Source: Gammaproteobacteria bacterium
GTDB taxonomy: Bacteria; Pseudomonadota; Gammaproteobacteria; SZUA-140
Assembly: GCA_016124415.1 (NCBI GenBank)
Contig: WGNS01000059.1
Coordinates: 1 to 47,572 of the forward strand
Direction: 5' to 3'
Length of the DNA stretch: 47,572 nucleotides
The translations under genes were made by a program, and so were the position numbers. Below the pieces are notes generated by a model. It was not told where the DNA came from. It ran no database searches and saw only the letters and a list, made by a program, of their open reading frames with translations. Below, piece after piece: positions 38,991 to 47,572 of this stretch (its first letter is position 1; every line of letters begins with the position of its first letter).

Positions 38991-39149
38991 GAAGGTGTTT
39001 CCAATTTCTCCGGGGCGTCGGCGATTACCGGCATTCGTAACTGAGGATGTGGTGCCTGATGGTACAGCCTACATCCGAAACGTGCATGACGAAACACGTA
39101 TGATTCCGGGCCGTTTCCCGTCCGAGGTAGGTGGCGACGGCAAGTCCCC

Positions 39150-40379
39150 TTAGACGACTTCGCCCATTTTAAAGATGGGCAAATACATGGCAATCACCAG
39201 ACCGCCGATAACGACGCCCAGGAACGCCATAATCAAGGGCTCGAGCAGGCTGCTGAGTCCGTCGACGGCGTCATCGACCTCCTGTTCGTAGAAATCGGCA
39301 ACCTTGGCGAGCATGCTGTCGATCGAGCCGGCTTCCTCGCCGATCGCCACCATCTGTACCACCATATTGGGGAACAGATTGGAGTTTCTCATCGAGAGGT
39401 TAAGTTGTGAACCCGTCGATATCTCATCGCGCATTTGCAGGATGGCGGACGCGTAGACATGGTTGCCCGCGGCGCCGGCAACGGTGCCCATGGCCTCGAC
39501 GAGCGGCACGCCCGCCGCGAACATGGTCGACAGCGTTCTCGCGAAGCGCGCGATCGTGGCCTTCGTTATCAGAGAGCCGAAAATCGGTAGCTTCAAGGTC
39601 AGCGCATCGAGCTTGTTTCGGAACGACTCGGAACGATGCTTGGCCTCGAAAAATGCGTAGATGCCGATACCGATGCCGCCGAATATTGCCCACCAGTAGG
39701 CCTGAAATATCTTGGAAAGGCCGATGACCATCAGTGTCATGGCCGGCAGATTGGCGCCGAAGCTGCTGAACATCTCCTGGAACTGCGGGATCACGAAGAT
39801 CAGCAGGATCGCGGTTACGATAAACGCGACCACGATGACGGCAACCGGGTAAAACAGGGCCTTTTTGATCTTACTCTTGATGGCCTCGGTCTTTTCCTTA
39901 TAGGTCGCGATCTTGTCGAGTAGCGAATCGAGAATACCGGCCTGTTCGCCGGCATTGACCAAGCTGCAGTAGAGGTCGTCGAACTGGCGGGGATACTTCG
40001 CCAGCGCCTCGGCCAAAGGATTTCCGGACTCGACCTCGGCCTTAATACCCATGATCATGTCCTGCATGGACGCGTTTTCGTGGCCCTTGCCGATGATGTC
40101 GAAGGATTGGACCAGCGGCACGCCCGATTGCATCATGGTTGCCATCTGACGGCTGAATACCGCAACGTCGTTGGCCGTGATCTTCTTTTTCTTGGCGCGC
40201 CCACCGCCGAAAAGGCCTTGCGACTTTTTCCGGATCTTGGTGGGATTGATACCCTGTTTGCGCAGTTCGGCGCGCGCCAACGCGAGGCTGGCGCTACGGG
40301 TTTCGCCTTTGACTTTGGCGCCTCGTTTATCGAGGGCCTCCCATGCAAAGATATGCAGTTTTTTCGCGGTTTCGGCCAT
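39150..40379 (-). CDS. pilC: Type IV pilus platform protein PilC
   Basis: FSRQMATMMQSGVPL, GEQAG, KKALFYP and EPLIM...MYLPIF. Confidence 0.96.
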   Translation of the reverse strand: MAETAKKLHIFAWEALDKRGAKVKGETRSASLALARAELRKQGINPTKIRKKSQGLFGGGRAKKKKITANDVAVFSRQMATMMQSGVPLVQSFDIIGKGHENASMQDMIMGIKAEVESGNPLAEALAKYPRQFDDLYCSLVNAGEQAGILDSLLDKIATYKEKTEAIKSKIKKALFYPVAVIVVAFIVTAILLIFVIPQFQEMFSSFGANLPAMTLMVIGLSKIFQAYWWAIFGGIGIGIYAFFEAKHRSESFRNKLDALTLKLPIFGSLITKATIARFARTLSTMFAAGVPLVEAMGTVAGAAGNHVYASAILQMRDEISTGSQLNLSMRNSNLFPNMVVQMVAIGEEAGSIDSMLAKVADFYEQEVDDAVDGLSSLLEPLIMAFLGVVIGGLVIAMYLPIFKMGEVV

Positions 40380-40488
40380 GGTTCAAATACTCTTCGCCAA
40401 TGGATGTAGTCAATTCATTAGGCCGGGAAGGAGCACTGCACAGCGCGCATCGATCAGGCATTGCCGGTTCCCGTCCCTGGGATGACGG

Positions 40489-42216
40489 CTAGTCTACGAT
40501 AACCCTGTGCAATTCCTCCAGGCTTAGGATGCCCTGCCGGACCTTTTCGAGCCCCGATTGATAAAGGTCGGGGATTCCTTCTTTCTTAGCCTGTTCTGCG
40601 AGCTGTATGGAGTTGCCGTTTTCCATGATGATCTTGCTCATGGCTTCTGAGATCGGCATGACTTGGTAGATACCCACGCGCCCCTTGTAGCCGCCCGTGC
40701 ATTTGTCGCAACCGACGGCCTTATAGATCACGAGCTTATCGACTTCGTCGGGACGGAACCCTTCTTCGATCAACGCTTGGTGGGGGATGTCCGCGGGTTC
40801 CTTGCAGTGACTGCAAAGCCTTCGGCCCAGACGCTGGGCGATGATGAGATTGACGGCCGAGGCGATATTGAACGGGGCGACGCCCATGTTGACCAGTCGA
40901 GTCAGCGTTTTCGGGGCGTCGTTGGTATGCAGTGTCGAAAGCACCAAGTGGCCCGTCTGGGCGGCTTTGACCGCGATCTCGCCCGTTTCCAAGTCACGAA
41001 TCTCACCGATCATGATGATATCGGGATCCTGACGCAAAAATGACTTCAGGGCGCCCGCGAAGGTCAGGCCGGCCTTGGGGTTGACGTTGACCTGATTGAT
41101 GCCCGGTAGATTGATTTCCGCCGGATCTTCCGCGGTCGAGATATTGCGATCCTGGGTATTCAGGATATTCAGCGCCGTATACAGGGAAACCGTTTTACCG
41201 CTGCCGGTCGGCCCGGTCACGAGCACCATGCCGTAGGGACGGTGTATGGCCTCGAGGAACAGACGCTTCTGTTCTTCATCGTAGCCGAGGGCGTCGATGC
41301 CGAGCTGGGCGCTGGTCGGGTCAAGGATACGCATGACGACCTTTTCGCCGAACAAGGTCGGGCAGGTGCTGACACGAAAGTCGATGACCCGGTTGCGGGA
41401 CAGTTTCATCTTCATGCGTCCGTCCTGAGGGACGCGTCGTTCGGAGATGTCCAGACGGGACATGACCTTGATGCGGGCGGCGATCTTCTTGGCCAGCGTG
41501 CTCGGCGGAGAAGTAATCTCCTGAAGGATGCCGTCGATGCGGAAACGTACCCGATAGGTGTGTTCATACGGCTCGAAGTGCAAGTCGGACGCGCCTTTGT
41601 TCACGGCGTCCAAAATGACTTTGTTGACGAAGCGCACGATCGGGGTATCGTCGACATCCGGACCGTCCTCGTCGCTTGCTGACTGGAGGTCGTCGTCCTG
41701 CTCGGAGAAATCGATATCGTCGAGGTCGGTGTCGTCGAGCCCCTCGTGTCGCGTGGTCTCGGCCTCGATGAGGTCGGTAATGGCCTTGGTCAGCTTGTCA
41801 TGTTCGACGAGGACGGGTTCCACGTTCATGCCGACGTGGAACTTGATCTCGTCCAGCCCTTGCAGATGGGCGGGATCCGAGATGGCGACATATAGGATGC
41901 TGCCGCGTTTATAGAGCGGGAGTGTCTTGTGGCGTCGGATCAGTTTCTCGTCAACCAGGGAGATCGGGCAAAGCTCGAAGTCCATGGCGCCTAGGTCGAA
42001 CAGAGGGATACCGAATTCCTGTGAGGAAATGGTCGCAATCGTCAGGCAATCGATCGTTTCGGCGGCGACGAGTTGCTCGACAAACGTGACTTCCTGTTCG
42101 CCGGCCGCTTGGCAGGTCTTGACGACGACTTGTTCATCCAGAACGCCGAGGTCGACGATCTTGCGCGCAAGCCCACTCAGGACGGTATTAGGCATTTGAC
42201 TAGCTGGTGTGCTCAT
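40489..42216 (-). CDS. pilB: Type IV pilus assembly ATPase PilB
   Basis: ASDLHFEP, RVPQDGR, TGPTGSGKT, LRQDPD, HLVLSTLHTN and zinc-binding Cys pairs. Confidence 0.97.
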   Translation of the reverse strand: MSTPASQMPNTVLSGLARKIVDLGVLDEQVVVKTCQAAGEQEVTFVEQLVAAETIDCLTIATISSQEFGIPLFDLGAMDFELCPISLVDEKLIRRHKTLPLYKRGSILYVAISDPAHLQGLDEIKFHVGMNVEPVLVEHDKLTKAITDLIEAETTRHEGLDDTDLDDIDFSEQDDDLQSASDEDGPDVDDTPIVRFVNKVILDAVNKGASDLHFEPYEHTYRVRFRIDGILQEITSPPSTLAKKIAARIKVMSRLDISERRVPQDGRMKMKLSRNRVIDFRVSTCPTLFGEKVVMRILDPTSAQLGIDALGYDEEQKRLFLEAIHRPYGMVLVTGPTGSGKTVSLYTALNILNTQDRNISTAEDPAEINLPGINQVNVNPKAGLTFAGALKSFLRQDPDIIMIGEIRDLETGEIAVKAAQTGHLVLSTLHTNDAPKTLTRLVNMGVAPFNIASAVNLIIAQRLGRRLCSHCKEPADIPHQALIEEGFRPDEVDKLVIYKAVGCDKCTGGYKGRVGIYQVMPISEAMSKIIMENGNSIQLAEQAKKEGIPDLYQSGLEKVRQGILSLEELHRVIVD

Positions 42217-42282
42217 ATCGATCTTATCGGCCTAACAGGTTTCGACGTTAGACCCAGGGGCCATTCGCGAGTGATCCGTTCC

Positions 42283-42313
42283 AAAAAAAGAGCCCCTCTT
42301 TTAGGAGGGGCTC
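42283..42313 (-). terminator. Rho-independent terminator of pilA
   Basis: GAGCCCCTC/GAGGGGCTC 9-bp stem with U7 on the minus strand. Confidence 0.85.
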
Positions 42314-42368
42314 CTTGCATCGGGTTCGGGGCCCGTCACACTAGGCCTTGCACCCGTAGAGCTTAGCC

Positions 42369-42791
42369 TTAGCGGCAGTTGGCCGGCAGGTATTTTTTGT
42401 CGACCGTGCTGCTGGTACAGCTCCACTGGACACCGGTGGTGCTGCCGGTGCCGGTAAAGATGACATCCTTCCCATCTGCGGCGGAGTTCGTACCAGTCAC
42501 GGTGTATGACAGTCCGCCGGCGCCGTCGTAAGCGATAGTGCTGATATAGATGCTTTGACCGGCATCGGTGCTGACACCGGCCGCAGTGGCGTCAGCCGGC
42601 ATGGAGCCCATGCTGATGTAATACTCGGAGACTGAGCTCTTGTCCTTTGCAGCGATACCGATGACCTCGGAGATCTTGGCGCGGGTCGTGTAGTCCTGAT
42701 AAGCCGGGATGGCGACCGCGGCAAGAATACCAATGATGGCCACGACGATCATCAGTTCGATAAGCGTAAAACCTTGCTGTGTCTTCTTCAT
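42369..42791 (-). CDS. pilA: Type IVa major pilin (140 aa precursor)
   Basis: MKKTQQG|[27 protein letters not shown] and a C-terminal disulfide loop. ATG 42791 has an AGGAG SD; the ORF-track start at 42977 is too far upstream. Confidence 0.96.
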   Translation of the reverse strand: MKKTQQGFTLIELMIVVAIIGILAAVAIPAYQDYTTRAKISEVIGIAAKDKSSVSEYYISMGSMPADATAAGVSTDAGQSIYISTIAYDGAGGLSYTVTGTNSAADGKDVIFTGTGSTTGVQWSCTSSTVDKKYLPANCR

Positions 42792-42882
42792 GGGGGTAAC
42801 TCCTATGGGTTGTTCAATTCTGTGTAAACCGGCACTGCCGTTCTCCTCTCCGGATGCACCGCCTTGCCTTACACAGGTTATC

Positions 42883-42898
42883 TGCACCAAGCGTGCCA
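42883..42898 (-). promoter_or_regulatory. Sigma54 promoter of pilA
   Basis: The minus strand reads TGGCACGCTTGGTGCA (GG-N10-GC); pilR, a sigma54 activator, is adjacent. Confidence 0.85.
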
Positions 42899-43020
42899 GC
42901 TTTAGGAAAATTTTCGTGGAGCATCTCGGAGAAGCCCTTTTTTCCTTTAGATACAAAAGATTGCGTGTTGCGTGCATGGGTCGGCCGAAGGCGGTCGATT
43001 TCCTTATCTATCCGGTCCGG

Positions 43021-43059
43021 ACTGTTGATTATCAGCAGGACCTGCTGATTTTCAACAGT
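43021..43059. repeat. 19-bp imperfect inverted repeat between pilR and the pilA promoter
   Basis: ACTGTTGATTATCAGCAGG-A-CCTGCTGATTTTCAACAGT (2 mismatches). Confidence 0.7.
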
Positions 43060-43085
43060 TTTTGACACGGTTTCAATCCGTGACT

Positions 43086-44411
43086 TTATTCGAGTCCGAG
43101 CTTCTTGAGCCGGTAACGCAGGGCGCTGAACGAAATGCCAAGCAATTTGGCGGCGGCGGTTTTATTGTATCGCGTCTGCTCGAGGGCTTTTTCGATCGTG
43201 TCGCGTTCCATGTGCCCCAGCATCGGATCCAACGGCATGCCGAGGTCGGGTGCGTTGAGCGCCGTGGGTTCGGGTGAGCTCCGGAGCTGAAGGTCCTCGG
43301 GACCGATCCGGTCGTTTTCACAGAATGCGGTCGCCCGTTCCAGAATATTCTCGAGTTCCCGGACATTGCCGGGAAAGGCGTAGTTGCGTAAACGAGCGAT
43401 CGCGGCATCGGTCAGAAAGGCGGCACGGTTCCCGATCGTTTCCGCAAGCCGCCGTAATATGTGGTCGGCGAGCAGCGGGATGTCGTCCGCGCGATCGCGA
43501 AGCGGCGGCAGGTCGAGCGTGATGACGTTGATCCGGTAAAACAGGTCCTGGCGGAAATGGCCGGCTAAGACCATCGCCTCGAGATCCTTATGTGTCGCGC
43601 TCAGGATCCGGACGTCGATCGGACGCTCGCGGTGTTCGCCGACCGGACGGATCGCTTTTTCCTGGATGGCTCTGAGCAGCTTGACCTGCATGTGTTGTGG
43701 CAGATCGGCCACTTCGTCAAGGAAGAGTGTGCCGCCCCGGGCGGCCTCGAAAAGTCCGATTTTGTCCGAAGTGGCGCCTGTGAAGCTGCCTCGGCGGTGC
43801 CCGAAAAACTCGCTTTCCATGAGCGCCTCGGGAATCGCGCCGCAGTTCACGGGGATGAACGGGCCTTCGGCGCGCGGTCCCAGATGATGGATCATCGCGG
43901 CGGCAAGTTCCTTGCCCGTCCCGGATTCTCCGCTGATATAGACCGGGGCCTGGCTACGCGCGAGTTTCGCGATCGTAGCGCGAGTTTCCTGCATTGCGGC
44001 TGTGTTGCCCAGCAACATCGGCCCGGCATCCCGGGTCGATCCCGGACGCGATTTGATCGCCGCCGCGGCCAAGTCCCTTAGTATATGAAGATCTACGGGT
44101 TTCGAGACAAAATCGAAGGCGCCCGCCTTGAGGGCGCGGACCGCGGATTCCATGTTGCCGTGGGCCGTGATGACCGCTGTGGGCAGGTCGGGGAAGAATC
44201 GTTGGATATATTCGACCAGGTCTATACCGTTGCCGTCGGGTAGTCGCATATCGGTCAGGCAGAGGTCGAAATGGTCCTCGTTGAGCGCTTTGCGGGCCTC
44301 GTCGATGTTGGCGGTCGACCGACAGCTGATGTCCATGCGGGAAAGGGTCAGTTCCAGCAGTTCCCGGATATCCGGTTCGTCATCGACGACCAGAGCGCGT
44401 GGCAAACTCAT
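43086..44411 (-). CDS. pilR: Sigma54 response regulator PilR
   Basis: Receiver domain (VVDDE, TDMRLPD, KP), GESGTGKE, ESEFFGH..GSFTGA and HTH. ATG 44411 has a GAGGAGG SD. Confidence 0.93.
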   Translation of the reverse strand: MSLPRALVVDDEPDIRELLELTLSRMDISCRSTANIDEARKALNEDHFDLCLTDMRLPDGNGIDLVEYIQRFFPDLPTAVITAHGNMESAVRALKAGAFDFVSKPVDLHILRDLAAAAIKSRPGSTRDAGPMLLGNTAAMQETRATIAKLARSQAPVYISGESGTGKELAAAMIHHLGPRAEGPFIPVNCGAIPEALMESEFFGHRRGSFTGATSDKIGLFEAARGGTLFLDEVADLPQHMQVKLLRAIQEKAIRPVGEHRERPIDVRILSATHKDLEAMVLAGHFRQDLFYRINVITLDLPPLRDRADDIPLLADHILRRLAETIGNRAAFLTDAAIARLRNYAFPGNVRELENILERATAFCENDRIGPEDLQLRSSPEPTALNAPDLGMPLDPMLGHMERDTIEKALEQTRYNKTAAAKLLGISFSALRYRLKKLGLE

Positions 44412-46087
44412 TGTAGTTGTTTCCTCCTCGGATCGGCGAAGGTAAGGCGGAAGCGGCCACCGCCCTCTCCGGGTAGGCAGGCGAGATGCGCTTGGTTGCA
44501 TTCCGCGAGCTCCTTGGACAAATAGAGTCCTAATCCCGTGCCGTTTGGGGCGGTCGTGTAAAACGGTTCGAAGAGATGTTGCGCGACCTCTTCGGGAACG
44601 CCGGCGCCGTTATCGATGACCTCGATGTAGGGGCGTTGCGTTTCCAGGCTGACGCCGGTGACCAGCGAAATGCGTGGTTCACCGTTGTTTCCGCCGTGGC
44701 GGAGCGCGTTCTGGCAGAGGTTGTCCAAAATCATGCGCAGTTGGTCCGGGTCGATTCGAATCACGAGTTCATTCATGAGGTTATCGATGGATATCTGGGA
44801 GTCCTTGAGCCCGTGGCCTTGTTTCAGTTCCTTCGCGTAGAGATCGAGCCATGACCTGAGATCGAAGTGTTGGGGATTGCTGGGGTCGCGGCGGCTCAAT
44901 TGCATGACGTTGCGGATGATGGTGTTGACTCTTTGCGCATGGTTTTGAACGATCTCGAGCAACCGTTTATCTCCGCCTGAAATGTCCTCCGATTCGTCCA
45001 GCAGCTGGGCGGCGTGACTGATCGCCGCGAGCGGATTGCGTATCTCGTGGGCGATACTCGCCGTTAAACGGCCCAATGAGGCGAGTTTGAGTTGTTGGGC
45101 CTGTTGTATGGTTGCGGCTGTGTCCTCGAGGAAGATCAACGCGCCGGAATTTGTCGACTGGCCAAGGCGCGCGAAGCGCGGCAAGACTTCGGTCGACATG
45201 GTCGAGCCGTGAAAAGGCTGGCTCTCGGCTGCGTTGAAACGCCAGTCCATCAATTGTCGGGTAAGCGGCTCCGGCAGCTGATTCAGGGAGCGGATCGGAC
45301 GCTCGGCCGGAACGCCCAGCAGGTGATGGGCGGATTCATTCATCAGGCGCACCGAAAAATCCTTGTCGACAACGATGATGCCGGTCTGCATACGCTGAAT
45401 AATGTACTCCGTGAGCTGGGCCATATCGGCCAGATCCACACCCCGTTGGGCCGCCAGCACTTCGCTTTCCCGTTGCCTTCTGGCGAGGTGATGAGTCAGG
45501 ATCGCCGTCGCGAAAAAGCTTGCGCCGAGCAGGCCTGCGTGAGCGAAGCTAGAAGGCGCAAGCGGTTCCTGAAGTCCTGCGAAAACCTGTTCCGCGAAGA
45601 TCGCCAGCGTTGCCATGGCGGCAAAAAAGCGGGCCATTTGGCCGCCGACCGCGGCGGAGCCGGTAGCGATCGAGATGATCAACAGCATGCCCAGGCCGCT
45701 ACGCACGCCGCCGCTGGCATGCATCAGCGTCGTGATCGCGATGATGTCGATGAATACGGACAAAAGCGTCAGTTTGATCGGATCGAATACCCGCAGATAG
45801 GTGATCGGGATATTTGCAAGCCCGAACAGCAGGTAGACGACGCTGACGCTCAGAAAGAACGATTTGCCGTCTTCGACCTGATGGAGAAACGCGACATGGT
45901 TGTAGGCGAGGATGATGAAGATCGTCGCCAGCACGAGTCGGTAGAGATTCAGGTAGGCGTATTGCCGCCAGCCGATCGGCCGCAGGGAACCTTCGTCCGC
46001 CGCGTGGTGGCTCGTGGCGAACAGGCCCGAATCGTGGCTGGAGGTGACAGGAAGCGCAGGCAAAGTAAACCCCTTGATGGGTGACAC
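44408..46087 (-). CDS. pilS: Sensor histidine kinase PilS
   Basis: Multi-TM N-terminus, PAS-like region, LGRLTASIAHEIRNPL and N/G1/F/G2 boxes. The start position is uncertain. Confidence 0.92.
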   Translation of the reverse strand: MSPIKGFTLPALPVTSSHDSGLFATSHHAADEGSLRPIGWRQYAYLNLYRLVLATIFIILAYNHVAFLHQVEDGKSFFLSVSVVYLLFGLANIPITYLRVFDPIKLTLLSVFIDIIAITTLMHASGGVRSGLGMLLIISIATGSAAVGGQMARFFAAMATLAIFAEQVFAGLQEPLAPSSFAHAGLLGASFFATAILTHHLARRQRESEVLAAQRGVDLADMAQLTEYIIQRMQTGIIVVDKDFSVRLMNESAHHLLGVPAERPIRSLNQLPEPLTRQLMDWRFNAAESQPFHGSTMSTEVLPRFARLGQSTNSGALIFLEDTAATIQQAQQLKLASLGRLTASIAHEIRNPLAAISHAAQLLDESEDISGGDKRLLEIVQNHAQRVNTIIRNVMQLSRRDPSNPQHFDLRSWLDLYAKELKQGHGLKDSQISIDNLMNELVIRIDPDQLRMILDNLCQNALRHGGNNGEPRISLVTGVSLETQRPYIEVIDNGAGVPEEVAQHLFEPFYTTAPNGTGLGLYLSKELAECNQAHLACLPGEGGGRFRLTFADPRRKQLQ

Positions 46088-46157
46088 TGCCTACTTATCG
46101 GAACAATCGCCCTTGCTTATTAGAGTTGAAACCTGCCTGCTTGCCTCACAACGCGTT

Positions 46158-46209
46158 TTTCTCAAGGCATGCGTGAATTCGGAGCGGAGCACCAACATGC
46201 CTTGAGAAA
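46158..46209. repeat. Perfect 14-bp inverted repeat upstream of pilS
   Basis: TTTCTCAAGGCATG (46158-71) and CATGCCTTGAGAAA (46196-209). Confidence 0.7.
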
Positions 46210-46323
46210 GTCGCCCAAGGGTGTAGCGCAAGGCGGAAACGCGCGAAAAAGCGGAGCGTACTCGAGGTACGCGAGCATTTTGAGCGTGCTTCCAACGCCG
46301 CTATACGCGCTTCGGCGGCTTTC
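46206..46323 (-). repeat. ~120-bp palindromic element, copy 3
   Basis: Same core (GCGGCGTTGGAA..CTCAAAATGCTCGCGTAC..GTACGCTCCGCTTTTTC); begins within the ABC-F stop codon. Confidence 0.88.
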
Positions 46324-47572
46324 AACTAATGCCCTGGTTGCGGAGGTAGGATTCGTAGTCTCCCTTAAAGTCCACCGGCCCGTTCGGCGTCAACTCGATG
46401 ACCCGAGTCGCGAGCGAAGAGACGAACTCGCGATCGTGACTCACGAAGATCAGCGTGCCCGGATAGTTTTCGAGCGCCAGGTTCAGAGACTCGATCGATT
46501 CCATGTCGAGGTGGTTGGTGGGCTCGTCCATGATCAGGATGTTGGGGCGCATGAGCATGAGCTTGCCGAACAGCATGCGGCCCTGTTCTCCACCGGAAAG
46601 AACGCGTACGGATTTGTTGATATCATCCTTGGAAAACAGCAGGCGCCCAAGAGTGCCGCGGATAACCTGTTCGTCGTCTCCGGGCTTGGCCCATCGCCCC
46701 ATCCAATCCACGAGCGACATGTCGGTGTCGAAATCCTCTGCATGATCCTGAGCGAAGTAACCGACCTCGGCGTTTTCCGACCAGCGCACCACGCCCCGGT
46801 CCGCTTTCTTGCTGTCGACCAGGCATGACAGCAGCGTGGTCTTACCGATACCGTTGGGTCCGATGACGGCGACCCGCTCTCCGGCCTCGATCATGATGCC
46901 GAAGTTCTTGAAAAGCACGAGGTCGTCGTAGGCCTTGTCCAGTTTGTGAACCTCGAGGGCCTGACGGAACAGCTTGCGTCCCTGTTCGAAACGGATAAAG
47001 GGATTGACCCGGCTGGAAGGTTTGACCTCCTCGAGCTGAATCTTTTCGATCTGGCGCGCGCGCGAGGTGGCCTGTTTGGCCTTCGATGCGTTCGCGGAGA
47101 AGCGGCTCACAAAGGTCTGCAGCTCGGCGATCTGGGCCTTCTTTTTGGCGTTGTCGGACAGCAGGCGATCGCGGGCCTGGGTCGCCGCGATCATGTATTC
47201 GTCGTAGTTGCCTGGGAAGATGCGGAGTTCGCCGTAATCGAGGTCGGCCATGTGTGTGCAGACGCTGTTCAGAAAGTGGCGGTCGTGCGAAATGATGATC
47301 ATCGTGCTGCGGCGATTGTTGATCGCATCCTCGAGCCAACGAATAGTATTGATGTCGAGGTTGTTGGTCGGCTCGTCGAGCAGCAGGATATCCGGATCCG
47401 CAAACAGCGCCTGGGCAAGCAGCACGCGCAACTTCCAGCCGGGTGCGACGGCGCTCATGGGCCCGTTGTGCTGTTCCAGCGGGATGCCCACGCCGAGCAG
47501 TAGCTCCCCGGCGCGCGACTCGGCCGTATAGCCGTCGAGTTCGGCGAACTCGACCTCGAGTTCGGCGACCCG
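46322..47572 (-). CDS. ybiT: ABC-F family ATPase (YbiT-like), 5' end outside the window
   Basis: The frame is open to the window edge ([28 protein letters not shown]...). Motifs [18 protein letters not shown] twice, GPNGIGKT and LSGGE. Confidence 0.9.
   Translation of the reverse strand, partial: RVAELEVEFAELDGYTAESRAGELLLGVGIPLEQHNGPMSAVAPGWKLRVLLAQALFADPDILLLDEPTNNLDINTIRWLEDAINNRRSTMIIISHDRHFLNSVCTHMADLDYGELRIFPGNYDEYMIAATQARDRLLSDNAKKKAQIAELQTFVSRFSANASKAKQATSRARQIEKIQLEEVKPSSRVNPFIRFEQGRKLFRQALEVHKLDKAYDDLVLFKNFGIMIEAGERVAVIGPNGIGKTTLLSCLVDSKKADRGVVRWSENAEVGYFAQDHAEDFDTDMSLVDWMGRWAKPGDDEQVIRGTLGRLLFSKDDINKSVRVLSGGEQGRMLFGKLMLMRPNILIMDEPTNHLDMESIESLNLALENYPGTLIFVSHDREFVSSLATRVIELTPNGPVDFKGDYESYLRNQGIS

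Overview
Chromosomal segment of a GC-rich proteobacterium, probably a gammaproteobacterium (inferred from gene content). It is mostly housekeeping: dcd, an FMN-binding protein, a K+-dependent membrane pyrophosphatase, dprA-smg-topA, a cysB/tauE/sulfite-reductase locus, cytochrome c, an aspartic protease, mutS, a rhodanese, suhB, trmJ-cysE plus a complete isc operon with two tandem cysteine desulfurases, an RND efflux triad, a NifA-like sigma54 activator, mutL, coaE-pilD-pilC-pilB-pilA-pilR-pilS and a truncated ABC-F (YbiT-like) gene. I saw no tRNA, rRNA, CRISPR array or intact transposase. The best hidden signal is at the 3' end of the sulfite reductase gene. An A10 run (A_AAA_AAC slippery heptamer) lies just before its stop, and a start-less TusA/SirA-type sulfur-carrier domain follows in the -1 frame. 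This points to programmed -1 frameshifting or transcriptional slippage giving reductase isoforms with and without a persulfide carrier; a homopolymer sequencing error is the alternative. Also noted: an unannotated 26-aa membrane microprotein with its own promoter, operator, RBS and hairpin upstream of hppA; three covarying ~120-bp hairpin elements that each begin in a stop codon; an NtrC-like enhancer with a sigma54 promoter before the NifA-like gene; a PhoP-like box before cytochrome c; and a mosaic of REP and IS ends at the window start. All calls were made by eye, with no database searches.
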